64,000 nucleotides of DNA from an uncultured Chloroflexia bacterium (GTDB lineage Bacteria > Chloroflexota > Limnocylindria > Limnocylindrales > CSP1-4), in NCBI GenBank assembly GCA_963712745.1, contig CAVQJC010000010.1:64001-128000 (forward strand), given 5' to 3'. Of the stretch, positions 37,034 through 48,046 are shown in pieces. The position numbers and the translations under genes are program-made. The notes under the pieces are model-generated. The model ran no database searches, was not told the origin of the DNA, and saw only the letters and a program-made list of their open reading frames with translations. Within the stretch, counting starts at the first letter, position 1; every line of letters begins with the position of its first letter.

Positions 37034-39631
37034 CTAGCCCTCGCCCCCGTTCTTGGCCAGGTGGCGCTGCATGGCCGCCTTGCGGCTGAGGTTCACACGA
37101 CCCTGGCGATCGATCTCGATGACCACGACCATGATCTCGTCGCCGACCTGCACGACATCCTCGACGGTGGGCACGTGGTAGTCGGCCAGCTCGCCGATGC
37201 GCACGAGGCCCTCCTTGCCCGGCAGGATCTCGACGAACGCGCCGAAGCCCATGATGCGCGTGACCTTGCCCAGGTACAGCGCGCCGACCTCGACCTCGCG
37301 GGTGAGTGACTCGATCCACTGGATGGCCTTGGCGGAGTGCTCCGAGTTGACGGCCGCGATCTCGACGCTGCCATCGTCTTCGACGTTGATCTCCGTGCCG
37401 GTCTCTTCCTGGATCTTGCGGATCGTGGCACCACCCTTGCCGATGATGTCGCGGATCTTCTCAGGGTTGATCTTGATGGTGATGATGCGCGGCGCGAAGT
37501 CGCTGACATCGCCGCGAGCGGACGGCAGGACCTCGGTCATCTTGCCCAGGATGGTCATGCGCGCGGTGTAGGCCTTCTCCAGGCCCTGGCGGATGATGTC
37601 CTCGTTGATGCCCTGGACCTTGATGTCCATCTGCAGGGCCGTGACGCCGTCAGCGGTGCCGGTGACCTTGAAGTCCATGTCACCGAAGAAGTCCTCCTTG
37701 CCGAGGATGTCGGTGAGGACCGTGAAACGGTCGCCATCGGTGACCAGACCCATGGCCGCGCCGGCGACCGGAGCCTTGATGGGCACGCCCGCATCCATGA
37801 GCGCCAGCGTCGAGCCACAGGTCGAGGCCATGGACGTTGAGCCGTTGGACGTGACGCACTCGGAAACGAGACGGATGACGTAGGGGAACTCTTCCTGGTC
37901 GGGCAGGACCGGGACGAGGGCCCGCTCGGCTAGCGCGCCGTGACCGATCTCGCGCCGGCCAGGGCCGCGCATGAACTTGTTCTCACCGGTGCTGTACGGC
38001 GGCATGTTGTAGTGGTGCAGGTAGCGCTTCGATTCTTCGGGGCTGATGGTGTCGATGCGCTGCACATCGCTCGAGGGGCCCAGCGTGGCCACGGTGAGCG
38101 CCTGTGTCTCGCCACGCGTGAACAGGCCCGAGCCGTGGGCGCGTGGCAGCAGACCGACCTCCACCGAGATGGGCCGGATGGTGTCCACGTCGCGACCGTC
38201 GATGCGCAGGCCCTCGTCGAGGACGAGCTCCCGGACGGTCTTCTTGTGCAGCAGCGTGGTCAGGCTCTTGCTCATGCCGGAGGCCACGAGGGCCGCCTCG
38301 AACGCAGCGTCGGCGACATCGGCGTCACCACCACCCTTGCGCATGCGCACCGAGTCGGCCACGGCCGACTTGAAGGCGTTGACGCGGACCGGCAGGTCCT
38401 CGGCCATGCGCTGCAGCAGGGCAGCGGTGGCCTCGGCATCGGCCAGGGCGCGGTGAGTGGGATCGACCGAAAGCTCGAAGAACTCGACCAGGTCGGCCAG
38501 CTTGTGGGCGTCGAGATCGGGGTAGCCGGCCCGTGCGAGCACCAGCGTGTCGAGGTACTGACCGGGTTCGATGCGGGTACCGTCGGCGAGGGCAGCTTCG
38601 ATGAAGCTGATGTCGAAGCCGACGTTGTGGCCAACGAGGATGTCGTCCCCGGCGAAGTCGAGCAGCTGGGCGGCCGCCTCGGATGGACTGGGGGCGCTGG
38701 CCACGTCGGCGTCGGTCAGGCCGTGGATCTGCTTGCCCACGATGCCGCGAGTGGGCTTGACGAGCGTCTCGAAGCGGTCGGTCACATTGCCGCCGGCGAG
38801 TCGCACGGCACCGATCTCGACCAGCTCGCCGGTCCGCGCGTCCTTGCTCGTGGTCTCGGTGTCGAAGACGACGAAGGACTCGCCCGATTCGACCGCGTCG
38901 ACGAAGTCGATGACGGAATCCACGGCAGGTTCGAGATACGGGATCTGCTTGGCCTTGCCGACCATGGCCTGCAGCTCCTCCTGGAGCTCGATCACGGGCA
39001 GCAGGCTCTTGTGGCCGAACATGATGGCGTCGGCCATGACCGACTCCGGCAGGATCTTGGCGCCAGCCTCGACCATCATGATGGCGTCGCGGGTACCGCT
39101 GACGATGAGGTCCAGCTCGGACTCATCCATCTGGCTGGCCGTGGGGTTGACCACGAACTCACCACCGATGCGACCGATGCGCACCGCCGCGATGGGGCCC
39201 AGGAAGGGGATCTCGCTGATGGTCAGCGCGGCCGATGCGGCGATGGTGCCGATGGTGTCAGGGTTGTTCTCCTGGTCGGTGGAGAGGACCGTGAGAACGC
39301 ACTGCACGTCGTCCTTGTAGCCCGTGGGGAAGAGCGGACGAATGGGACGGTCGGTGAGGCGGGCGGCGAGGATGGCTGCCTCCGACGGGCGAGCCTCGCG
39401 CTTGATGAAGCCGCCGGGGATCTTGCCCGCGGCGTACATCCGCTCTTCGAAATCGATGGTGAGCGGGAAGAAGTCGAGACCGGCGCGGGGGTCGGCCCGA
39501 TTGGCCGTACCCAACAGCATGGTGTCGCCGTACTGCACGGTCACGGACCCGCCAGCAAGCCGAGCAAGCTTGCCCGTCTCGATGGTGAGCGTGCGACCGC
39601 CGAATTCGGTCGTGAGAGTGGTTACCGTCAT
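37034..39631 (-). CDS. pnp: Polyribonucleotide nucleotidyltransferase (PNPase) with an inserted DEDDh exonuclease domain
   Basis: DFFPL...IPGGF, RLTDRPIRPLF, HGSGLFTRGETQ, RREIGHG, SNGSTSMAS, GDMDFK, KH and S1 domains; 865 aa because of the insert. Confidence 0.97.
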   Translation of the reverse strand: MTVTTLTTEFGGRTLTIETGKLARLAGGSVTVQYGDTMLLGTANRADPRAGLDFFPLTIDFEERMYAAGKIPGGFIKREARPSEAAILAARLTDRPIRPLFPTGYKDDVQCVLTVLSTDQENNPDTIGTIAASAALTISEIPFLGPIAAVRIGRIGGEFVVNPTASQMDESELDLIVSGTRDAIMMVEAGAKILPESVMADAIMFGHKSLLPVIELQEELQAMVGKAKQIPYLEPAVDSVIDFVDAVESGESFVVFDTETTSKDARTGELVEIGAVRLAGGNVTDRFETLVKPTRGIVGKQIHGLTDADVASAPSPSEAAAQLLDFAGDDILVGHNVGFDISFIEAALADGTRIEPGQYLDTLVLARAGYPDLDAHKLADLVEFFELSVDPTHRALADAEATAALLQRMAEDLPVRVNAFKSAVADSVRMRKGGGDADVADAAFEAALVASGMSKSLTTLLHKKTVRELVLDEGLRIDGRDVDTIRPISVEVGLLPRAHGSGLFTRGETQALTVATLGPSSDVQRIDTISPEESKRYLHHYNMPPYSTGENKFMRGPGRREIGHGALAERALVPVLPDQEEFPYVIRLVSECVTSNGSTSMASTCGSTLALMDAGVPIKAPVAGAAMGLVTDGDRFTVLTDILGKEDFFGDMDFKVTGTADGVTALQMDIKVQGINEDIIRQGLEKAYTARMTILGKMTEVLPSARGDVSDFAPRIITIKINPEKIRDIIGKGGATIRKIQEETGTEINVEDDGSVEIAAVNSEHSAKAIQWIESLTREVEVGALYLGKVTRIMGFGAFVEILPGKEGLVRIGELADYHVPTVEDVVQVGDEIMVVVIEIDRQGRVNLSRKAAMQRHLAKNGGEG

Positions 39632-39757
39632 CTGTCCTCCAACGGGACGACCGACGGACCGAGGCGCGTTGGGATGTGTTACGCGGACCTCACCTGAGGT
39701 CTCCTGGCGTATGCGAGTGGTAGTGCGTGCGGGCCGCGCCCGCCGGGGCCATGTCGC

Positions 39758-40027
39758 CTAGCGGCGCAGGCCGAGCCGTTCGATGACGGACTGGTACCGG
39801 GCAGCATCCTTGCGCATGAGATACGCAAGCAGGCGGCGTCGCGTGCCAACGAGCTTGAGCAAGCCGCGGCGCGAGTGGTGATCCTTGGGGTAGCGTCGTA
39901 GATGCTCGGTCAGCCCCGCGATCCGCTCCGTGAGCAGTGCGACCTGGACTTCCGGCGATCCGGTGTCACCTTCCTTGGTGGCGTAATCGGCAACGACGCC
40001 TGCCTTCGTTTCCCGCGTCAGCGGCAA
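39758..40027 (-). CDS. rpsO: 30S ribosomal protein S15
   Basis: [23 protein letters not shown]; TTG start after GGAGG. Confidence 0.98.
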   Translation of the reverse strand: MPLTRETKAGVVADYATKEGDTGSPEVQVALLTERIAGLTEHLRRYPKDHHSRRGLLKLVGTRRRLLAYLMRKDAARYQSVIERLGLRR

Positions 40028-40676
40028 CTGGTCCTCCAGCCTATCCATATACCTATCTGTTACCGCGCGGCAGCATAGCACAGTGTCTCAGGATAGGCGT
40101 GCACCTGGACGCGCGATAAGGCGGCGAGCCGCCGCATAGTCTGTGGTTCGCGCGGGCGCCCGTCGCTTGGTTGAAGAGCATTGTGACCTATCAGGCCCCG
40201 CTGCGCAAAGCCGGGGGTCGTTCCAGGATCTGCCAGTGCACGGCTGCTGCCTGGCTCAACTGCCTCACCATCATCAGGCACGAGCGGCGCCGGGCCAGTC
40301 AGGCGCGTCATGTCGAGATCGCGGTTCATCTTGCACTTGCCGGTCATGCCCTCGACCTTGATCGTGCCGGTCATGATCATTGCCTTGACGGCTGCCCTGG
40401 CCAACCAGTCGGCCGTCCGACCGCCTCTCGATCGATCGCTCATCGCGGCTGGGCTTGACCTTGATCCTGGACGCGCCCGCACCTGGCAGGGCTGTGTTGT
40501 CGCCCGGACGCAGAGGCTTGTGGTCGGCCCGCACGCTACCCTGTCCACGACAGGAGGACGAGAATGGCGACCAGCGGCCCGGGCATGGGCGTTGTGCACG
40601 TTGTCGACGCCGACCACGCGTGCGCCGTCGGGGTCGGGCGTGAACGCGAAGCACGCATGCCGGTGCTCGGCGCGCG

Positions 40677-42305
40677 GTGACCGACGACCCCCTGGCCTCT
40701 GCGCCAGTCGTGCTCAACGGCGCCGAGCTGACCGTCCCCGACGTGGAGTCGGTGGCACGCGGTGAGCGGGACGCGGTGCTGGCCGACGATGCCCGAGCGC
40801 GCGTGGCCGAGGCGCGCGCGGTCGTCGAGCGTTTGGTCGCCTCCGGTGAGGTCGTCTACGGGGTGACGACCGGTTTTGGCGCCCTGGCCTCGACGTTCGT
40901 GCCCGCAGCGCGGGCTCGCGAGCTGCAGGAGCGGTTGCTGTCGAGCCACGCTGCCGGAGTCGGTGAACCGCTGCCGACAGAGGTAGTGCGCGCGATGTTG
41001 CTGCTGCGTGCCAACACCCTGGCGCTGGGCCACTCCGGCTGTCGGCCGGAACTCATCGATCGTCTGCTGGAGCTGCTGCGTCTTGGCCTCCACCCGGTCG
41101 TGCCGGCCCAGGGCAGCGTCGGCGCATCGGGAGACCTCGCCCCCCTGGCCCATCTGGCACTGCCGGTCATCGGCCGCGGCCGGGTCGAGGTCGAGGGCCA
41201 GGAGTTGCCGGCGGCAGAGGCCCTCGCCGCAGCCGGCCTCGAACCGCTGTCGCTGGAGCCCAAGGAAGGCCTGGCTCTGCTCAACGGCACCCAGATGATG
41301 AGTGCCATCGGCGCGCTCGTACTGGCCGCTGCCGACCGGCTGGCCCGGACCGCGAGCGTGACCGCTGCCATCTCGGTGGAGGCGCTGCGCGGCACCGAGG
41401 TCGCGTACTCCGCCGCGCTCCAGCACACGCGCCCGCACCCCGGCCAGGTCCAGACGGCGGCCGAGCTGCGTTGGCTGCTGCGCGACTCGACCATCCAGTC
41501 GGCTCATCATGGCCACGACCACCGCGTCCAGGACCCCTACTCGCTGCGCTGCGTCCCGCAAGTCCACGGTGCAGCGCGCGATGCGCTCGACAACCTCCGC
41601 CGGGTGCTCGACATCGAGCTCAACTCGGCCACCGACAACCCACTCGTCTTCCCCGAAGGCGGCAACGTGCCCGAGGACGCTCTCGCCACCGGCCGCGGCC
41701 TGGTCATCAGCGGTGGCAACTTCCACGGCGAGCCCATCGCGCTCGCGCTCGACTACGCCAAACTGGCCATCGCCGAGATCGGCTCGATCAGCGAACGACG
41801 GGTGGCCCTGCTACTGGACCCTCGCCTCAACGATGGGCTGCCGGCGTTCCTGGGCACCTCGGCCGGGCTCGACTCGGGCTTGATGATCCTGCAGTACACC
41901 GCGGCTGCCCTCGCCTCCGAGTCCAAGGTGTTGGCCCATCCGGCCTCGGCCGACTCGATACCCACCTCGGCCAACCAGGAGGACCATGTCTCGATGGGCT
42001 CGATCGCCGCGCGCAATGCACAGGCAGTGCTCGAGCACAGCGAACGCATCGTGGCCATCGAACTCATCTGCGCCTCGCAAGGGCTTGACCTGCGACTCGA
42101 CTTGCAGCCGGATACGGCACCAGGCACCGGCGTGGCGCAGGCGCATGCGCGCGTGAGAGCCGTCATCGAGCGCCTCGAGCGCGACCGCGAACCCGGGCCG
42201 GACCTTGAGGCCGCGTTCCGCCTCGTCCACGACGGTGCGCTCGTCGACCTGGCCACCCCGCCAGCGACCGTGGGCACGTCGTGGCTGGGACCCGACCCTC
42301 GATGA
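40677..42305 (+). CDS. hutH: Histidine ammonia-lyase (MIO-dependent)
   Basis: YGVTTGFG, SHAAGVG, GSVGASGDLAPL, QDPYSLRC.PQVHG, GGNFHGEP, NQEDHVSM. Confidence 0.92.
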   Translation: MTDDPLASAPVVLNGAELTVPDVESVARGERDAVLADDARARVAEARAVVERLVASGEVVYGVTTGFGALASTFVPAARARELQERLLSSHAAGVGEPLPTEVVRAMLLLRANTLALGHSGCRPELIDRLLELLRLGLHPVVPAQGSVGASGDLAPLAHLALPVIGRGRVEVEGQELPAAEALAAAGLEPLSLEPKEGLALLNGTQMMSAIGALVLAAADRLARTASVTAAISVEALRGTEVAYSAALQHTRPHPGQVQTAAELRWLLRDSTIQSAHHGHDHRVQDPYSLRCVPQVHGAARDALDNLRRVLDIELNSATDNPLVFPEGGNVPEDALATGRGLVISGGNFHGEPIALALDYAKLAIAEIGSISERRVALLLDPRLNDGLPAFLGTSAGLDSGLMILQYTAAALASESKVLAHPASADSIPTSANQEDHVSMGSIAARNAQAVLEHSERIVAIELICASQGLDLRLDLQPDTAPGTGVAQAHARVRAVIERLERDREPGPDLEAAFRLVHDGALVDLATPPATVGTSWLGPDPR

Positions 42306-42337
42306 CGCGAGGCTCTCGCTCGCTACTCCGGTAGCTG

Positions 42338-43304
42338 TCAGTCCGAGGCCGTGCCGGCGGCACGGCGAGTCAGCACCTCGCGTGCGCGCGCCACGTCGTC
42401 GCCCATCTTCTCGACCAGCTCGTCGACCGAGTCGTAGCGTCGCTGGCCGCGGTATCCACTCGCAGAACTGCACCCGCAGACGCTCTCCGTAGAGGTCCTC
42501 CTCCCGGTCGAGCAGGTGCACTTCCATGAGCCGCACGCGCCCGCCGAAGGTGGGCTGCGTCCCGAGGGAGATGACGGCATCGGCGCGGTCTCGCGGCTCG
42601 AGCACCGACGGGCCGCCCCATGAGGCCCTGGCGGCATAGATCCCATCCGGAGGCAGGGCCACCGGTTGGCTGAAGTCGAGATTGGCGGTGGGGTATCCGA
42701 GTTCACGGCCTCGCTGCTCCCCGTGCACCACCGAGCCCACCAGCGCGAAGGGCCGGCCCAGCAACTCTGCCGCCGTGCTCAGCTGACCCTCGGCCACGAG
42801 CTCGCGCGTGCGCGCACTCGAGACACGTGCGCCACCCGATTCGAGCGTCGGCGCCTCCACCAATTCCCAGCCGCCCACCGCGCCCATCTCGCGAAGGACC
42901 GGCAGCGTCCCACCACGGTCCCGCCCGAAGGCGGAGACCCTGGTCATCACCAGCGCCGCCAGGTTGCGTCCGCCACCAAGCCGCTCTACGAACTCCTGCG
43001 CCGTGGTGCGGCGGAAGACCTCGTCGAAGCGTTGCAGCACGACCAGGCCGCCGATCTGTCGGGTGATGCGTTCGATGCGTTCTCGGCGATCCATGAGCAT
43101 GTCCGGTGCGCGCCCGGCCACGACCGCATCAGGGTGCGGGTCGAAGGTGACCACGACCGGCATCGCGCCCAGCCGGCGCGCTGTCTCCTCGAGCACACGA
43201 AAGACCTGTTGGTGGCCGCGATGCACCCCGTCAAAGACGCCGACCGTGACGGCCAGACGCGTGTCCTTCGGCAGGGCGTCGATGCCGAGGAGGTAGTCGA
43301 CCAT
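42338..43304 (-). CDS. ribF: Bifunctional riboflavin kinase/FAD synthetase, split by a 1-bp insertion near 42451
   Basis: GVFDGVHRGH, TFDPHP, VSS, RGRELGYPTAN, EVHLLD; the C-terminus RGQRRYDSVDEL...D is in the neighbouring frame. Confidence 0.9.
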
Positions 43305-43306
43305 GC

Positions 43307-44272
43307 CTAGCCCGCGGCCTCCGGCGAGATGAAGACCTTGTCAGGGTAGAGCCGCCCAGCCTCCACGTGCGCCATGGCCACGAGCACCCCGCGCTCGTCG
43401 AGCACGCGCACGATATCGGCCGCCCCGAGCACGCTCGAAGGGTCCAGGGGGCCGGAGACCGTGCCCCGGACGCGGATGATCTGCCCCCGGGCGATGGCCT
43501 CGCGGTCGCGTTCCGGCACCTGCACCATGGGGATGTGGTCGAGCCCGGCGTCGGGCGAGAGCAACAGCGCTTCGATGTTGCCCGCTGCCAGCTCCTGCTT
43601 GAGCCGGTCGAGCGAATGCGCGGCATCGAGGGTGAAGGGACCGCTGGCGGTCCGCGTGAGGGCGCCCAGGTAGCCACCGCAGCCGAGTTCCCGACCCAGG
43701 TCGCGAGCGAGCGAGCGTACGTACGTGCCGGCACTGCAGCGAACCTCGAGCTCGGCCATCGGCCGATAAGGGTCGGCCGTGTCCCAGTCGGTGAGCGTGA
43801 GCTCGTGGATGGTCACGCTGCGCGCTGTCAGCTCCGGCTTCTCCCCGCCCCGCGCCAGCTCGTAGGCTCGCTTGCCTCCCACGTGGACAGCTGAGTGATC
43901 GGGCGGTATCTGTTCGATCTGGCCTCTGAACCCGGCCAGGGCGGCCTCGACGGCCCCGCGACTCGGAGGCGGCCCGTCCGTCGCTGTCATCTCGCCGTCG
44001 ATATCGTCGGTCGTCGAGCTGGCGCCGAAGACGACCGAGGCGCGGTAGCCCTTGGTGTCCCCGCGGTGGTAGTCGACCATGCGCGTGGCGCGGCCGAGGA
44101 ACACCGGCAGCACGCCCATCGCGAACGGATCGAGCGTGCCGCCGTGACCGACGCGCCGAACCCCCGTCAGGCGACGCACCGTATCGATGACGTCGTGGGA
44201 GGTCGGGCCCGCGGGCTTGGAGACGACGATGATGCCGTCGATGCGGGGTCCGTCGTCGCGCCGCCGCCCCAT
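43307..44272 (-). CDS. truB: tRNA pseudouridine(55) synthase TruB
   Basis: KPAGPTSHD, GHGGTLDP, CSAGTYVRSL. Confidence 0.96.
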   Translation of the reverse strand: MGRRRDDGPRIDGIIVVSKPAGPTSHDVIDTVRRLTGVRRVGHGGTLDPFAMGVLPVFLGRATRMVDYHRGDTKGYRASVVFGASSTTDDIDGEMTATDGPPPSRGAVEAALAGFRGQIEQIPPDHSAVHVGGKRAYELARGGEKPELTARSVTIHELTLTDWDTADPYRPMAELEVRCSAGTYVRSLARDLGRELGCGGYLGALTRTASGPFTLDAAHSLDRLKQELAAGNIEALLLSPDAGLDHIPMVQVPERDREAIARGQIIRVRGTVSGPLDPSSVLGAADIVRVLDERGVLVAMAHVEAGRLYPDKVFISPEAAG

Positions 44273-45294
44273 CAGCGAGCCGAGAGCTCGTCGAGCAGCT
44301 GCTGTGCCAGGCCCAGGACTGCGGGCACGGCCTCGTCGATGGGGCCGTCGAAGGTGGCCCCCGCGGCACGCGCGTGTCCGCCGCCGCCGTAGACCCCGGC
44401 CAGCCTGGTGGCATCCACGCCTTCGTCACGCGTTCGGACCGAGAGGCGGACCGAGCCGGCGACATCTTTGAACAGGATCGTGACCTCGGCTGTAGCCGAC
44501 TGGGCAAGCAGGTCGATGAGCCCCTCTGACATCTCCTGGGTCGCGCCCGTGACCTGGTAGTCATCCTCGCTCGCCACCGACCAGGTCAGGCGGCCATCGG
44601 CGGAGGTCTCGAGGCGCGCGAGCACCCGCCCGAACAGCCTCAGCTGGGCGTTGGGCTTGGTGCGATAGATGCGCCGCGCGATCATCGGCAGATCGGCACC
44701 GGCGGCCACCAGCTCGGAGGCCACGCGCAGCGTGCGCGGCGTGGTATTGGAGTGGGCGAAGTTGGCAGTGTCGAAGACCAGCCCGGCGGTCAGGTCCTGG
44801 GCGATGTCGCCGCCAGCCGCGTCGTAGCCGAGCCCGAGATGAGGCATCAGCAGCGAGACCTGCTCGCAGGTAGCCGCTGCCTCGGCATCGACCCAGTCGG
44901 TGGTCCCGAACCCCGGGTTCGAGACGTGATGATCGATGTTGACGATGGGCACTCGCGCGAACAGCCCCGCATCCTGGGTCGCGACCGCTCCCACCCGGGC
45001 AAGGTCACCGCAGTCGCAGACGACGATGAGGTCGGGGTCGAGATCAGGCTCGGGCGCCGTGCGGAAGCGCTCGACCTGGGGCATGAAGTCGTACATCTCT
45101 GGGACCGGGTCCGCGCACACGAAGTTCGTGCGCGCGCCGAGCGACTCGAGGGCAAGGCCGATCGCCAGCGCCGAGCCGAGCGCGTCGGCATCGGGGTTCT
45201 CGTGGCACGTGAGCATCACGCGCTTGGCAGCGAGCAATCGCTCCGGCACCTCTGCGGGCACAGCCTCGAGGTCCGACGCAAGCAGGGAGCGCAT
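44272..45294 (-). CDS. nrnA: DHH-family phosphoesterase (nanoRNase NrnA-like)
   Basis: HENPDADALGS, NIDHH, DT, GGGGHARAAG. Confidence 0.9.
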   Translation of the reverse strand: MRSLLASDLEAVPAEVPERLLAAKRVMLTCHENPDADALGSALAIGLALESLGARTNFVCADPVPEMYDFMPQVERFRTAPEPDLDPDLIVVCDCGDLARVGAVATQDAGLFARVPIVNIDHHVSNPGFGTTDWVDAEAAATCEQVSLLMPHLGLGYDAAGGDIAQDLTAGLVFDTANFAHSNTTPRTLRVASELVAAGADLPMIARRIYRTKPNAQLRLFGRVLARLETSADGRLTWSVASEDDYQVTGATQEMSEGLIDLLAQSATAEVTILFKDVAGSVRLSVRTRDEGVDATRLAGVYGGGGHARAAGATFDGPIDEAVPAVLGLAQQLLDELSAR

Positions 45295-45298
45295 GCCT

Positions 45299-45814
45299 TC
45301 AGCGACCACGTCGTTTCCTGGCTTTGCGCAAAGACACCCGGTCAACGCGACGGCGGTAGCCCGGAGGCAGAGGTTCCGCTACGACATCGGGATCGGCCGG
45401 GTCGTTGAGCGATGTCGGCGTGGGCAGCGCGGGCACCTCGGGGGCCGGCTCATCCACGTGACCGCCGCTGCCCTCGAACTCCGCTTCGACCTGCTCGAGT
45501 AGCTGCATCACGCGGGTACCCCGCTGGGCGCTGTCATCCTCGCGCAGGTGCAACTCGGGAATGCGCCTGAGGTGCAGCTTGCCCAGGTTGTGGCGCACGA
45601 AGGGCATGGCCCGGCCGAGCGCTGCCATGGTGGCTTTGCGCTGATCGTCATCCCCGATGACCGAGGCGAACACGGTGGCATGTCGCAGGTCGGGCGTGGT
45701 CTCGACGCTGGTGATGGTCACGAAGCCCACCCGCGGATCATGCACCTCGCGCTGGACGATGGCGCTGATCTCTTCCTGCAGGAGGTGGTCGACGCGCCTG
45801 GTGCGCTCGCTCAC
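45299..45814 (-). CDS. rbfA: Ribosome-binding factor A with a C-terminal extension
   Basis: DPRVGFVTITSV..TPDLRHA, RRIPEL..DDS. Confidence 0.95.
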   Translation of the reverse strand: MSERTRRVDHLLQEEISAIVQREVHDPRVGFVTITSVETTPDLRHATVFASVIGDDDQRKATMAALGRAMPFVRHNLGKLHLRRIPELHLREDDSAQRGTRVMQLLEQVEAEFEGSGGHVDEPAPEVPALPTPTSLNDPADPDVVAEPLPPGYRRRVDRVSLRKARKRRGR

Positions 45815-45817
45815 GTG

Positions 45818-47705
<1,888 letters not shown>

Positions 47706-47716
<11 letters not shown>

Positions 47717-48026
47717 GGGTGCCTCCTGTGATCATTGCAGGAGCCCCGTGGTCGGCCGCGGTGGCCAGCGCCGCCACGTCACCGTGCTCCAGTCGTGTCC
47801 TCAGTTCATCGGGTAGAGAGGTTCGCAGCGCCCGCTGCAGCGACGAACGCCGCAGGGCCAGCTCCCAGCAGGAGCCGTCGGCGCATAGGTAGGCGCCGCG
47901 TCCTTCGAGCGACCCGGCAGGGTCGAGCTGCACAGCGCCGCTGGGCCGTCGGACGATGCGAACAAGAGCGGCCTTGTCACGGCGCGTTCGGCAGGCGACA
48001 CAGGTTCGCTCCGGAACGTGTCGCAC
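47706..48026 (-). CDS. ylxR: YlxR/RnpM-family RNA-binding protein
   Basis: [20 protein letters not shown]; lies between nusA and infB. Confidence 0.92.
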
Positions 48027-48046
48027 CTCCGCGACCGCTGCCCCCG

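Noticed and set aside
38414-38875. PNPase insert as an intein or mobile intron
   Set aside because: No Cys/Ser...His-Asn splice motifs or LAGLIDADG/HNH motifs; the insert has DEDDh exonuclease motifs.
42440-42460. Programmed frameshifting in ribF (also rseP and the GT4)
   Set aside because: No slippery heptamer or stimulatory signal, and no precedent I know of; indel errors are more parsimonious.
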